Under the pieces are notes generated by a model. The model was given only the letters and a program-made list of their open reading frames with translations, did not search any database and was not told where the DNA came from. 64,000 nucleotides of DNA from Fimbriosthenelais zetlandica. Its lineage: Eukaryota. Below are positions 39,310-51,156 of the stretch, piece by piece (the stretch's first letter is position 1; every line of letters begins with the position of its first letter). The stretch spans positions 26,660,001 through 26,724,000 of the forward strand of contig OZ365114.1 in assembly GCA_977030845.1 (NCBI GenBank), written 5' to 3'. A program made the translations under genes and the position numbers.

Positions 39310-40838
39310 TGACTGGGCTGCTAGCTGACGGTTTGGCCATGGCTTTAAGAGCTGGAGAAAGAAGGATATATTCGACTTCTAGTGGAAAATATACCAGATT
39401 AATGGACTAATTGCGGACTGTAGATAGGCTTTCTCTCTATGCCATTAGGCGTGTTAAATTCAAATATGCCGCCATATGACAATGAGTGAAAATACCTATT
39501 CAATAGGAATACAGACACCTAACATAAATTTAGTTCCATTTCGTATACCATAGAAATATCAGTATAATACTCTCTTAATTTCAAGGAGCAGAAATCTGTC
39601 TTATATTTCTCATGAAAAACCGTCTAGGATCGCCCAGTAGTAGCACATATCTAGATAGGCCGTTTCTAGAGAATGGAAAAGGTTCAATTAATTGACCGTA
39701 TTTAGTAGATAAAAAAGAAATGAAAAAGTCTCCAAAAGTACATAACAGAGCGTAGAGGGTTGTATGTAATTGAATATATAATGTATGTAGGCTCAGTATC
39801 CTATACTCATCCTATATGTAGCTGAGCTAACATGAGAGATAGTGGTAGCTATCTGGTCTCTGACTATGGTCACCTTTCAGATGTAACCTCTGGTGGAGTG
39901 CCTGAGGACTATCGACATGTCGGTCTGTGCCCTGTACAGCCTGATAATCCGCTCTCCTTGATCCACCCCCAGCCTCCCTCCAACCCTGCCATCCTCCCCA
40001 CTAAACCCCACATACAACTCACACTCTAACGGTTCTCGTTTTTACTGCAAATAAAGGACAGAAATATGTCTTTATAATCTTACTTCATCAGCCTTAACCA
40101 GATGGTGAGTAACCTGGAATACCAGCTGAACATTTTCAGGTTTTAAATTCTAGTTTTATTATTGATCAACGCAACAAGACTAGAGCAACAAATACAGTTG
40201 TTTGCAATGCTATATGCTTTGACGATTTCATTAGCTTCACAATTCTAATATCGTCCGAGGAATCTGCTTGGGAGAATCTTGCTATGAAGTCGAACTGAGA
40301 ATGACCATAGAAAAGTCCACAAGGACAAGCCCCAACAAAATGGCAACTCGCACAAGAGAAAGGAATCTATCACAGTTAAGCTACCCAAAAAATAAATGGG
40401 TCGAATGAAAATCTGGAAACTTTCAAACTGTAACTGTTTCTCGACAGTCGATTGCCACAAAATACAGCTATTGCTTTGTGCGTCAGAGTTTGATTAAATG
40501 CACCACCCTGTGATCTAACAAGGTAAAAGGTATGTTAACCATATTAGGAAGTCCAGGATGTAGTGGAGGGACCTATAGGGAGCAATCTACCAGCTATAGT
40601 AGTCTCCAACTCACGCTCTCCCTGTCACAGACAGTGAGTGGTAGATCTACGTGAATGACTAGAAGCAAGGCTTCTCATGGAGAGCTCCAGAGAGGCTGAG
40701 AGTAGAGGAAGGAGAGCTGGAGGGAGAGAGTAACTGTGACCATTCTCCAAGTAGATGCCATGCAACTGGTGTGTATAGTGACAGTTGTTTAGAGGTGAAC
40801 AGATTTAGAGCAATGGTTAGAGGAGAAGTAGTGTATTA

Positions 40839-41020
40839 GGCGAAAATGTTTTTATTATTTGGTTCGCAGATCCGCCGACGGCAAAATTGACACATTTAGC
40901 GAAAAAAATAGTTGTTATTGCTGATTTTGGTGATTTTGGAAATTTCTAGTGATATTCTGACCAGATTCCGCCCTCCCGCCAAAAGTTAACCGCGAACCAA
41001 ACAATTAAAACAATCTCGCC
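40839..41020. mobile_element. 182-bp MITE, PIF/Harbinger-like
   Basis: 29-bp TIRs GGCGAAAATGTTTTTATTATTTGGTTCGC and GCGAACCAAACAATTAAAACAATCTCGCC (25/29 complementary). TTA is duplicated on both sides (40836-40838, 41021-41023). A 3-bp TWA TSD is typical of PIF/Harbinger. Confidence 0.85.
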
Positions 41021-44000
41021 TTAGATATTAAGGGAATAAGCTAGGGAGCAGCTGGTTCGGGTAATTGTAGAGGAGATAATATATGAATAGCAACAAGGGG
41101 ACCAGGTGGTAACTAAACACAGACTAAATGAAGTTTTGATTCCCAATCCATGTTTAAAGTATCTTTTAAAGTACACTATATGGATGAAATAGGATGTATG
41201 TATTAAACAGGCTCTTAAATTAAGTTGATTGCTTTTGCAATATTATCGTTGCTTTAAAAACTTAAACGAATAAAAAATGCAAAAGCTATCTAGTGGCCAT
41301 TATGGTTTTCAAATATTTAAGTGCCCTCATTTTGATGGAACGTAGGACGACTGTCTAACCTTCAAAAATGCCAACAATAGCCAAGCAGAAATTAATTGAT
41401 TATGAACAAATTAATTGTAATATGGCTGCCAACCACTATGACATTCAGCCAATGAGGTTTTGAGAAGGACTGCCTGGGGGGCAGCCATTGGTAGCAATTA
41501 ACAATGATGGATGCTTTACTGTGGGGCTGAACGTCTTCCTGCCATATACATAGTGAAAGCTCATTTAGTGCTTAATCCATACAAAATGAGGCAACAAGTT
41601 CTTATCCTGAGGACTATTTTGTCAGAGTGGTTGCACAATACAGATGTGTGGCTAGATTTGGAATGGAGGCGTGATGGATTAATATAAAGTATAGCTCTGC
41701 AAGTATAGCTTGGCCTGGAGGAGCTTCATCAGGACTGACAGGCTACAGGAATCCATCAGAATACAGCAGAAAATACTTTGAGAATGTGATATTTTTGAAG
41801 GCTGTCAAATTTGTGAACTGAAATAGCCCTGATATTACTAGTCTTGATGAGATAAGAAACTTGGGATGACTTGAGCTTTGGGTTTGACCTTGAAATATCT
41901 TATCTTGTCTGACTGCTCATCAGACAGAGCTATTTGTGGATGATGGGGTGTGGGGTGGGTGGGGTGGGTGAGGGGAGTGTTCAGCTATAGCAAATCCACA
42001 GTATAATAGAGCAATCCATCACGCATCTCATCAGCATGGCCTTAACAATAAAACCAAGGTTTTAACCTAGAGATATATATCACCACTCAGCCTTCAAGAT
42101 TCGTCTCATCAGGGTGAACTCCAAGGTGTACTTTTCAGTGTCAATACTTTTGACAAATTTGAAATTTGAAAAGGAAAGTGAGCACTACTCTTCAAGCTTA
42201 TTTAATTTCTTCAATAAAATCTGCATCTGACTGTAGATGGTTCTTGACAGAACAATAGACAGAACAACAGAGCTTTAACTGCCGCGACCTCTGTAAGCCA
42301 CGACCTTGACTCCAGCCCTGGACTAACAATCCCGCCCAAAGCCAGCAGCGGAAGACCCAGTGGTACTACAGATTAATAGGTGGTCTGAATTATGTAGGCA
42401 CTGGTGAAGGCTAAGCCACATGGGTATAAAAGATCTGGAAAGGGCGCAATGCTATGTCAATAATAGAAAACAAGCGGCGGCCACACAATCCGCTCTCCGG
42501 GCCCAATCATTGGTATGAGGTGTTGGGCAGTGAGGAGGCTGGGTCTGTTAGCCCATCAGCCGGCCTAGATTTACTCTACAGTTGTTGTTACCAGTGTTGT
42601 TACTAGGTGTACTGGTCATACATTGTAATCAGTAGACATCATATTAGGATGAGAGGCTTCACCTGGGGGCAGGAGGGAGGCTTGTTTATGTATTAGAGGT
42701 AAAGCCTGGGGGAGGTGTGGAGAAACACAGGGCCAGACTAAAACAGCAATGCTTCACTACCGGCTACAATATGTCTATATGTAATACTATAGGTGGGTAG
42801 AACAATGTAGAGCAATCCACAAGGGACATAGTACGCTTACAGTTCAAGTATGGACTCATTTCCTACTGATTCGGTATCTTTCGTATTGAGTGTCTTGTAC
42901 ATATAAACGTGCTATTGCCTTTGTATTTCAAAGTTGAAGGACCTGGAACATTCTCAGTAATTGGTTCTAGATCTATCATCTCTTTCTATCGTACACACGA
43001 GAGGAAGTCTCCAGTATATAGCCATTTATGTCTCGTGTTTACTTTTTCTCATAATAGATGGCGTGCTTGAGAGATAAGGTGTCACACATTATCACCATTA
43101 ATTCACTGGGAGATGAAGCTTCATCCTTAGCAAACATGTGGTTTTTAGTCTGGGTTGACAGGAACCTGAAAGGCAATGCTTCCCCTGCCTGCAATGATGT
43201 ATATCATATGTGTATGTGGACCCATTTTACATATATATCAAGGCCTGTAGGGTAGATTAGATGTAGGCAATGTAAATATCTATGGGAATTGCTTCTTTAG
43301 ATTCTACAGTCGTACCATTCTCTTGTCACACATCATTCTCCCTTTTCTTTAGTCCGACACGCGAAGTCTTTGAATCACTCATTGATTGCATACTTGTTCC
43401 CTTTATGGCCCATAACTCCAACTCAATTTTACTCAGAGTTGCTTAGAAAGGCATCACGTAAGCCTGGGCATGGCCTTTTTTTAAAAGGCAGCAAATGTAA
43501 GAAGTGATATGAGATAGGAGGCATTTTATGATCATGTGTTGAACATAGGCAATCCAGAGGCTGACAAAGCCGCTGATTGGGTTACATCCAATAAAGCAGC
43601 ATTTAGCTGGGAGCAGAAAAGTAAAATCTGAGCTCTGACGCAGAGATGGATATTTCTTTTTACTCTTTGGGTCTCTTTTGACGTTTTCACGTAACAAAAT
43701 TACTGAGAAGGATTTCATGACTTTCCTTCGTGATCATAAACTATTTCTCATCGTTTCTCAAAAGAAAAAATAATCCTTTCCTGAAGGCATTTTGGGAGCT
43801 ACCTCCTATATATAGCTTCAATTGACAGCAGAATTTCTCAGGTTTTAGTGATTATTTTTGCCTGAAAAGTGCCAATTTCCTAACCATGAATTCCTGCTAC
43901 ACGATCCTTGACAAACATTGAAGAATAAGAAGCTGCTTTCAACCAAGAACCCCCGGGGGAATATGGACTCTCTACCCCTTCTGGTTTACTCTGATAATCA

Positions 44001-45402
44001 AGACTTGATGAAAGGCTAGAATTTCATTGGAGAAAAATTGCCAAGTTGAAATGCGCCTTCTTTGGAAGCTAATAAAGGAGCAGTGAATGAGGTAGAATCG
44101 ATGCCATGCAATCTGCATGCTCTCTTGATAAAGCTTATAAAAATAATTATCAGCTTTCAATTAGAGGGGAATAACATGTTTCATCCCTGGGGAAGAGAAG
44201 GGACGAAGTAAGTTTCTACTATATGAATGATGCCGCTACTTTTAATCGATAGCAGAAGTGACGTCAGAGCGTTCCGGGCAACGGAGCGCATTAAATGCTT
44301 GAATTGCCTTTAACGTCATTAATTTCATGGATTTTCTCCTTTGTGTAATTAGTGTAAAGTAGATGTGAGAATGTATTGGAACTGTGGGTGCTGTCCATTG
44401 GCGTAAACTTCCAACTGAATGCGTCCATTTTACTCCGATGAGTGACTACATTGTTACCTTCACACCCATGCCTTTTTTATTTTCAAAACAAGCAAAGTGA
44501 TTTTCTTCTTCTTTTATGCATGATCATAGTTTTATTCAACAGTTTTTTTCACTGCCTGTTTGATACAGTGAGTTTTGCTTTGTTGAGATAATTTATTATT
44601 TTGGCCAACTCACAGATATCTATCATTGGGACTTTGATGCGGTATCGAATATTTTATTTTTTGTTTTTAAATTCCATAAATTTTATTCACTCCGTCTGTA
44701 TCTCGGTGCTTGCAGCTCCACTATTGATTTGCGACATTCACTGGTATGAAAGCCGTCAAATTAATGATCTTTATTTGAAGAAAAAATGTGAATTTGATAA
44801 TGTATATCGATTATTCCATTGAATTTATTCCCATCAACTGATCAATAATTCCCACCTCACCACCAGTCAAATGATTTAGATGAAAATTATGTTTCATTGT
44901 AGAGAAGTTTTTATTGAAAAAGGCCTGAGAATTTAACCCTTAATCCTCAAAATCAAACCTCTCAAATTAACCACTTATCCTTCCTTAACCCTGGATTGGA
45001 GCCAGTTTTTAAATAGCCTTTTAAACTCGACCAAGAAAATCTGGGGTATTTCCCCTCAAGCATTGCATTCTCAACCGTTTATCCCATTTTGCGTTAACAC
45101 TTCGTGAAATGTCCCATTTTGCCTAATTCCGCTTCCACCTGCAAATCTGCGGGCGTTTTAATCTGTTTTCTTTGCCCGTTACATTCAAATATTCCATCTT
45201 GGCCCACTTTTTTTCTCTCTCGACCTTTTTGTGGCTGTCGGGGTTTTGGCGCTGTGGTGTAACACACCTGTTTGTCGGACTAACACCTGTAATAAATGGA
45301 GTGTAATGACGGGGCTGAGGCCGGGAACACTGACTGGTATCATCAGATTACAATGGACACTCCCAGTCACAGCCAACCACCAGAAACGCCCAGTTAAAGC
45401 GC

Positions 45403-45504
45403 AAATTAGACTGACTTCAGGCTTAAACTAGACTGACTTCAGGCTCAAACTAGACTGACTTCAGGCTCAAACTAGACTGACTTCAGGCTCAAACTAGACT
45501 GACT
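45403..45504. repeat. 22-bp minisatellite, ~4.6 copies
   Basis: Unit AAACTAGACTGACTTCAGGCTC starts at 45403, 45425, 45447, 45469 and 45491 (partial). Copies 2-4 are identical; no spacers. Confidence 0.95.
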
Positions 45505-47001
45505 GCAAGCATTGCCCTGACAAACCATTCTTCAGATACATGTATAATTGGGCTGGAGATGATCATACATGCACGATTATAAGCCACTTAAGAGAATATG
45601 GTTTTGTCGACTTCTGAGTAAAAATATAAACTGTATACCCTGGGAATTAAATTCCCAGAGTTGAAGATCATAAATAAAGAGAACAACTGATAATATATAC
45701 ATCAATCAGCAATATGCAGCTGATATAAATGAGCCATCCAATAGGCTGAGTATTGGAGAATTGGGGCCGGTAATAATTAAGCCATGTCCTTCAGTACCAG
45801 GCATCCCAAGAGTATCTTTTCAGAGCCAGAGCAATTCTAAATACCGGCTGGCAAGCAGGCAGGCAGGGGAACAGCGGAGTGGAGGGTATTTTCATGGCAT
45901 ACCAGGACCTGAATTTATGCCAGCGGCCCTGAATACCAATAGTTCCCAGCATAGTTGATGTCCTCACTTAGAATTGATGATAGCAGACAATAGATGCTCC
46001 AGCATATTGATAGCAATAAATTCCATCTCCATTGGAAGGACTTATTCCATCCAGAATCTATACTGACTTGGATCTAGATTATATGGGGAATCCAGTCGCT
46101 GGTATGTGGGGGTGAATGGATTTTACCCATGGTTGTGGCTGACAACTATTCCTCTTATGTCCCACCTGCATATTATTGAGTTACTCCAGATGAGCAGTAC
46201 AACCCAGAATATGACTGAATGACCAGCTGTTAATTAATTTCTTAATCAAACTGCTCTAAATTAATTAAGTTTGGGGTTAGTGAAGGACTGAGGACAATGA
46301 TAGGTTTCCCGGAGATCTGCTTTGATCTGTTGGACATCCAGGTCTGAATGAAACCTGCTATGAGGAAGATAATACTAACAAATCTTTAATAAATCTTGTA
46401 ATTGTACGTTATCGGGGGGACTGGGCGGCTCAACAAAGAATAAAGACCCAGCTCTGCCAGATTTGCAATTCAAACTGAAATTGCTATCAAAGCAAAAGTT
46501 TGATTATTCATAATATTTCTGTTTAACCAGTCAAAGGGTGCAGGTATCTAGTCATCTAGAAATGATTGCCTGGAGATAATGCAACAAGCGGGATGCAGAC
46601 ACATTCTATTTGATGTTAGAAACACCCATCCTTTGAAAGATCTCCTCTTAAAGGATACATAATACTCTTTTCGTAATTAAACTACAAACTTCAAGGCATT
46701 GCACCTTACTTTTAATATTATATTGCTTGATAAATTCTACTATATTGAAAGTTTCTAAGCCTTCCTATTCTCAGGCTATATGATCATTTACAGATTGTAC
46801 GCTTGGGAAGATACATGCAAACCGGGACATGATTGTTTTAGAGGCAGCAGAAATGATCATCAGTGATAGCAGCTAGGTCAGACAGATGAGGAGGAAATGG
46901 CTTCTACCTCACAGTCCTGCTTCATCAATCTACCATAAATGGAAACAACATGGCAGCTCCTTTAAGGCCAAGAAACATCCACAAACATTTACAAATATAA
47001 C

Positions 47002-48415
47002 ATTAGCTACGCGAACGGAAAATTAAATTTTAGATTTATGTTAGAAGAAATAAGTTCAAATGATAGCCTGCAACATGAGAAATGCAATGCTGTATAAATG
47101 GTTCAAATCGGTTGAGTTCTTAAAAAGTTATGGGGGAAAATGATGTCAATTTTGGGGCCGATTTTGCGAATTCCACTTACATTGAAAACAACAGAAAACA
47201 TGGGTTGGGCCATGGCACCACATTTTTCATGGATTCACAGATTTTTTGCAATAACTCTTTAAATAGTCATAATAGATAGATCATATTTTACACACGGGGA
47301 TATTTCAACATGCGGAATCCAACAGTGACATTAAAAAAAAAAAAGAAAAAAAAAAGAAGGAATCCTAGCTAGTTTGCTAATTAATTATTATATGCAAATT
47401 ATTATGCAAAGTCACCGGGTGATGCCGGGTGTTAAAACTTATCACACTATGACATTTCATACATCATATTATTCCTGAATGTATGCTCTTTCTAATGATA
47501 TATGCACCTTGTGTGTTTGATACATCCATCTTGGTGTAAAAAGCGCTTAAAGTTGGATGTATTTCAGGTTTTTTGGGTCGGGAAGCGGCGTCTCAAGCTT
47601 CCTAACTGGTCTAAGAATTTCACCAAAAAGGGTCTCTTCTTTTAAAGATGCCGGGTGTTAAAACTTATCAAACCATGACATATCAAACATCAAATTAATC
47701 CCCAATGTATGCCCTTTCTAATGATATATGCACCTTGTGTGTTTGATACATCCATCTTGGTGTAAAAAGCGCTTAAAGTTGGATGTATATCAGGTTGTTT
47801 GGGTCGGGGCTCGGCGTCTCAAGCTTCCTAACTGGTCTAAGAATTTCACCAATAAGGGTCTCTTTTTTTCAAGATGCCGGGTGTTAAAACCTATCAAACT
47901 ATGACATACCATACATCAAATTAATCCTGAATATATGCTCTTTCTAATGATATATGCACATAACCTGTTTGATGCCTCCATGTTTGGGTAAAAAGCATCT
48001 GATTTTTTAAATCGGTTGAAACTCCGGATGTTTTGGTCGTAGAAATTTTGTGCTAATACCGAAATGAAGCAAAACATGTTCTCTGATTGGCTGTAATTGT
48101 CGCTTAGCGCTAACAGTAGTGGAACCTACCGGCAATCGCGCGAACATAACACCATGTCTGAGCGACGAGCGGCCGCGGAGTAAGGGACTGGAAAATGGCT
48201 ATTTTTTTTTAAGTACCGAGGGATTTCTCGGGGAACCCCCATATAAAAAATCACATGCTTATACTCATTAGAAAGCCAAAACTTTCAGCTTTAAGATGAT
48301 ATCTTTCGATTGTTTATGTGATTATTATACGCCCGCTGAGATCCATTTAAAGTGCAGTGAGTCAGGAAACTTAGCGTTTTCACAGAAAGTGACGGCCTCC
48401 GCTCGCGTAGCTAAT
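47002..48415. mobile_element. Non-autonomous TIR DNA transposon (~1.41 kb) with internal tandem array
   Basis: Left end ATTAGCTACGCGAACGGA (47002-47019). The reverse complement of the right end TCCGCTCGCGTAGCTAAT (48398-48415) is ATTAGCTACGCGAGCGGA, a 17/18 match. The TSD can be read as AAC on both sides, or as TA if the termini are GCTACGCG. No transposase ORF inside. Confidence 0.85.
47421..47995. repeat. 226-bp tandem repeat, ~2.5 copies, inside the TIR element
   Basis: The unit start GATGCCGGGTGTTAAAAC recurs at 47421, 47647 and 47873 (period 226). Copies 1 and 2 are highly similar; copy 3 is truncated and more diverged. Confidence 0.95.
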
Positions 48416-51064
48416 AACATGAAAACTAAAACAATATTCAGTCAATACTTCCTGGATATTCCCATGCAAGAAACATAACATATATGACTTATTTTGAATA
48501 TGAACTAATTACTTGTTTTCCTGTTCTTCCCCACTGAATATTCCCATTTCTAGGTGAGCATACCAATTGCTGCAAGACTAATTCTTATCCTTGCCTTGGC
48601 CTAACGATACTAACCATGCATATAGCACTGTCGCCCACAGACATTGGCAGCATGTATAATATTGCCTGTCTGGCTGCATCCATGGCTAGCGCGGGCCATC
48701 ATCATTCAATAACACCTTTAATCATTCCCACTGGCCAAAGACACCTCCATCATTGTTCTCCCGCCCTCCATCGATCACCTCCCCTTAACATAGGTGTGAT
48801 ATAGGAAGAGAGAAAGTCCGACAACTAATTAGAAACAATCGATAACTGTCAAGTAAGGATATTATACACACAAATCTTATGCGGTCTCGGCGTTCGGGAT
48901 CAATCCTTTGGATAATTGCAAAGCGTTGTATTGCTGCTGACATATCGATCCAGGGGGGATATAGTAAATAGGGGGAGGATATCAAATATTCATACGGTGT
49001 GGGTAGAGCTCTGATGTGGTAGATTAAAGCTAATTATGTTAGTAAGATGTTAAGAAGTGTTTTCTAATTCCAAGCTCGAGTTTACTTCAGTGGGATATAT
49101 GGTGTTGGGATATGCAGAGCATATGCCAGGGCTAGAAGCCATCAAGTTGGCCTTTTCCGCCACTTTTTCGCTGTTGCTCGCTCGCTAGTTGCTTCATTAG
49201 GCCTAATTGCCTGAAGAATATCAAGAAGTGTGGGATCCTGTGTACAACAGTTTTGTTACAAGATATTCTAATTTAAATTCTGATCTCGCACTGCTTTTCA
49301 ATTTAGATAGAGTTTTTCATCAACTCCCTTTGAGTCTTATTACAGTATATGCTGCACTAAAGTCAGAAGCTCTGTGTGAATTCTGATTTTACTTTTCGGA
49401 TAGTGTTTAAAACATACCAACTGCCTACATGGTAATTTCAAAATCAGCAATCGTACTAAAATTAATGTGACAAACTTTTTCAGTCCCAGTAGCGAGACAC
49501 CCCACAAGGGTCTTAGCACGTTAAACCACTATTTAAAGAGAAACTTTTAGCACATTCATCTTAGTCAAGTTACTAATAATTCATTGCAGAACAAGTATAT
49601 ATGAGGCAGGGCTGTGGTGGAGGAGGCTTGAGCCAGGGGTGATGTGTTAAACCAGAGCTTGAAAGCTTGCTTGGTTTGTTACCAATTATAAATGCTTCCC
49701 TAGTGGCTTCACTGGCAGAGAACTGGTCTGTCACCACCAGATAGGAGACGCCGAGAAATACATGACCAGAGTGAAATAAGCCTCTAATCAAATAACATCC
49801 TAATTTTCCTTCATTTCCAAATTAATGATTTAATTCTTTGGTTACTTCATAAACGGGTAACTCAAGTTGGTGCCCACATCTCCAGTTTGGTCACCAAAAC
49901 AAGATGGGCATTAATTAAAAGCAGTAACCTGAGAGCATTTTTCATATGTTGGCCCAGTGATTGAATGGATTAAAAAACCGATGGCTTCGACCGACCGGGG
50001 CTCCAGTGACTCAGCAAAAAATACCCTCAACCCACTAAACCATGCTACAAAAGTTAAAGGGTGGCAATGATTTACAAGCCCTTACACCCCTGGTGAATAC
50101 TGGTTTCCATGGGAACCCCCAGACCCCCAGGAAGAGTGGGTATTGGGGTAGAGAGGCTGGTGGGGAGGCAGCTGATGCCTTTTGCCAGTGTCTGTAAGGG
50201 TTGATAGGCGGCCTCATGGATGAGTGAGGGATGAAGCGGCCAAGCCTGCCATCAAACCACCGCCCGTCAAAAGCCCCTTTTGAGGGAGATCCAGCGAGTA
50301 GCGGGCAGGGAAATATGCTACACATATTTGTACACAGCTTCCCTGGCAGGAATGTGAGCAAAAAGATCACTGAAGCAGGAATATCTTAATATAGTAAGTT
50401 GTGGTACTAAATGTGGCTCTGTGAATATGGTGGATTCAATAGTTTCTCCAAGGGAAACGGCAAGAAAAATGGCCTGTTGGATCAGTTTCACCATTCATTT
50501 CAAGGCAGTTGATTTTTATCTTATCCTTATCTTATTTTTGAAGTGTCGAACAAATCAAATATTTCTACACAACAGGGAAATATGATAGCATGATATATGA
50601 ACTTTTGTGCTATGAACCATATTTGATTAATATTCTACGGATGGTGTGCAAGAAGTATGGAGAAGTAATCATTCTTAATGCAACTTAGGAATTATTTATC
50701 TGAAATTCCACCTTCAGCATGAAATGTAAGATCGATAATGATACCCTGGTGATTCAGATTAATCACGCCAGAATCAAAACGCCTACTCTTTCAATCATTC
50801 AGCGTTTTTCCCTTTTCAATTCTTTCCAATGAGATTTCCTTTCACCATGCAAAAAGTGTATGACCTTGAGACATACAACTTTGAAAATACTTATTAACTC
50901 CAGTCAAGACATGTTAATCCCTGGAGTAGCGGTACATTGAAAAGCAGCCTATTATATGGCTGAAATGTATCGAGATTTAAATAAAGAACCTAAAAACGAT
51001 TTTGGGATTTATTGAAACCTGAATATAGAAAAGGTGGAGGGGATAGTGACATTATTGTACTTAC

Positions 51065-51156
51065 GTGGTAAGCTAGATGTAGACACCAGATCCTGATCCT
51101 CACCAGATTTCTGCTCCTCCTGATATGGAAATCCTCCAGCAGATGTGTTGGAATAT
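51065..51156 (-). CDS. Candidate internal exon, 92 nt; product unknown
   Basis: Strong acceptor TTTTTTTCTCTTGTTTGGTAG and donor CAC|GTAAGT. Two frames are open (YSNTSAGGFPYQEEQKSGEDQDLVSTSSLP or IPTHLLEDFHIRRSRNLVRIRIWCLHLAYH). It may be non-coding. Confidence 0.2.

Noticed and set aside
44933-44992. Two TTAACCCT piggyBac-like left ends
   Set aside because: I found no matching AGGGTTAA right end downstream.
45403-45504. Possible CRISPR-like array
   Set aside because: The units are contiguous with no unique spacers, there are no cas genes and the context is eukaryotic.
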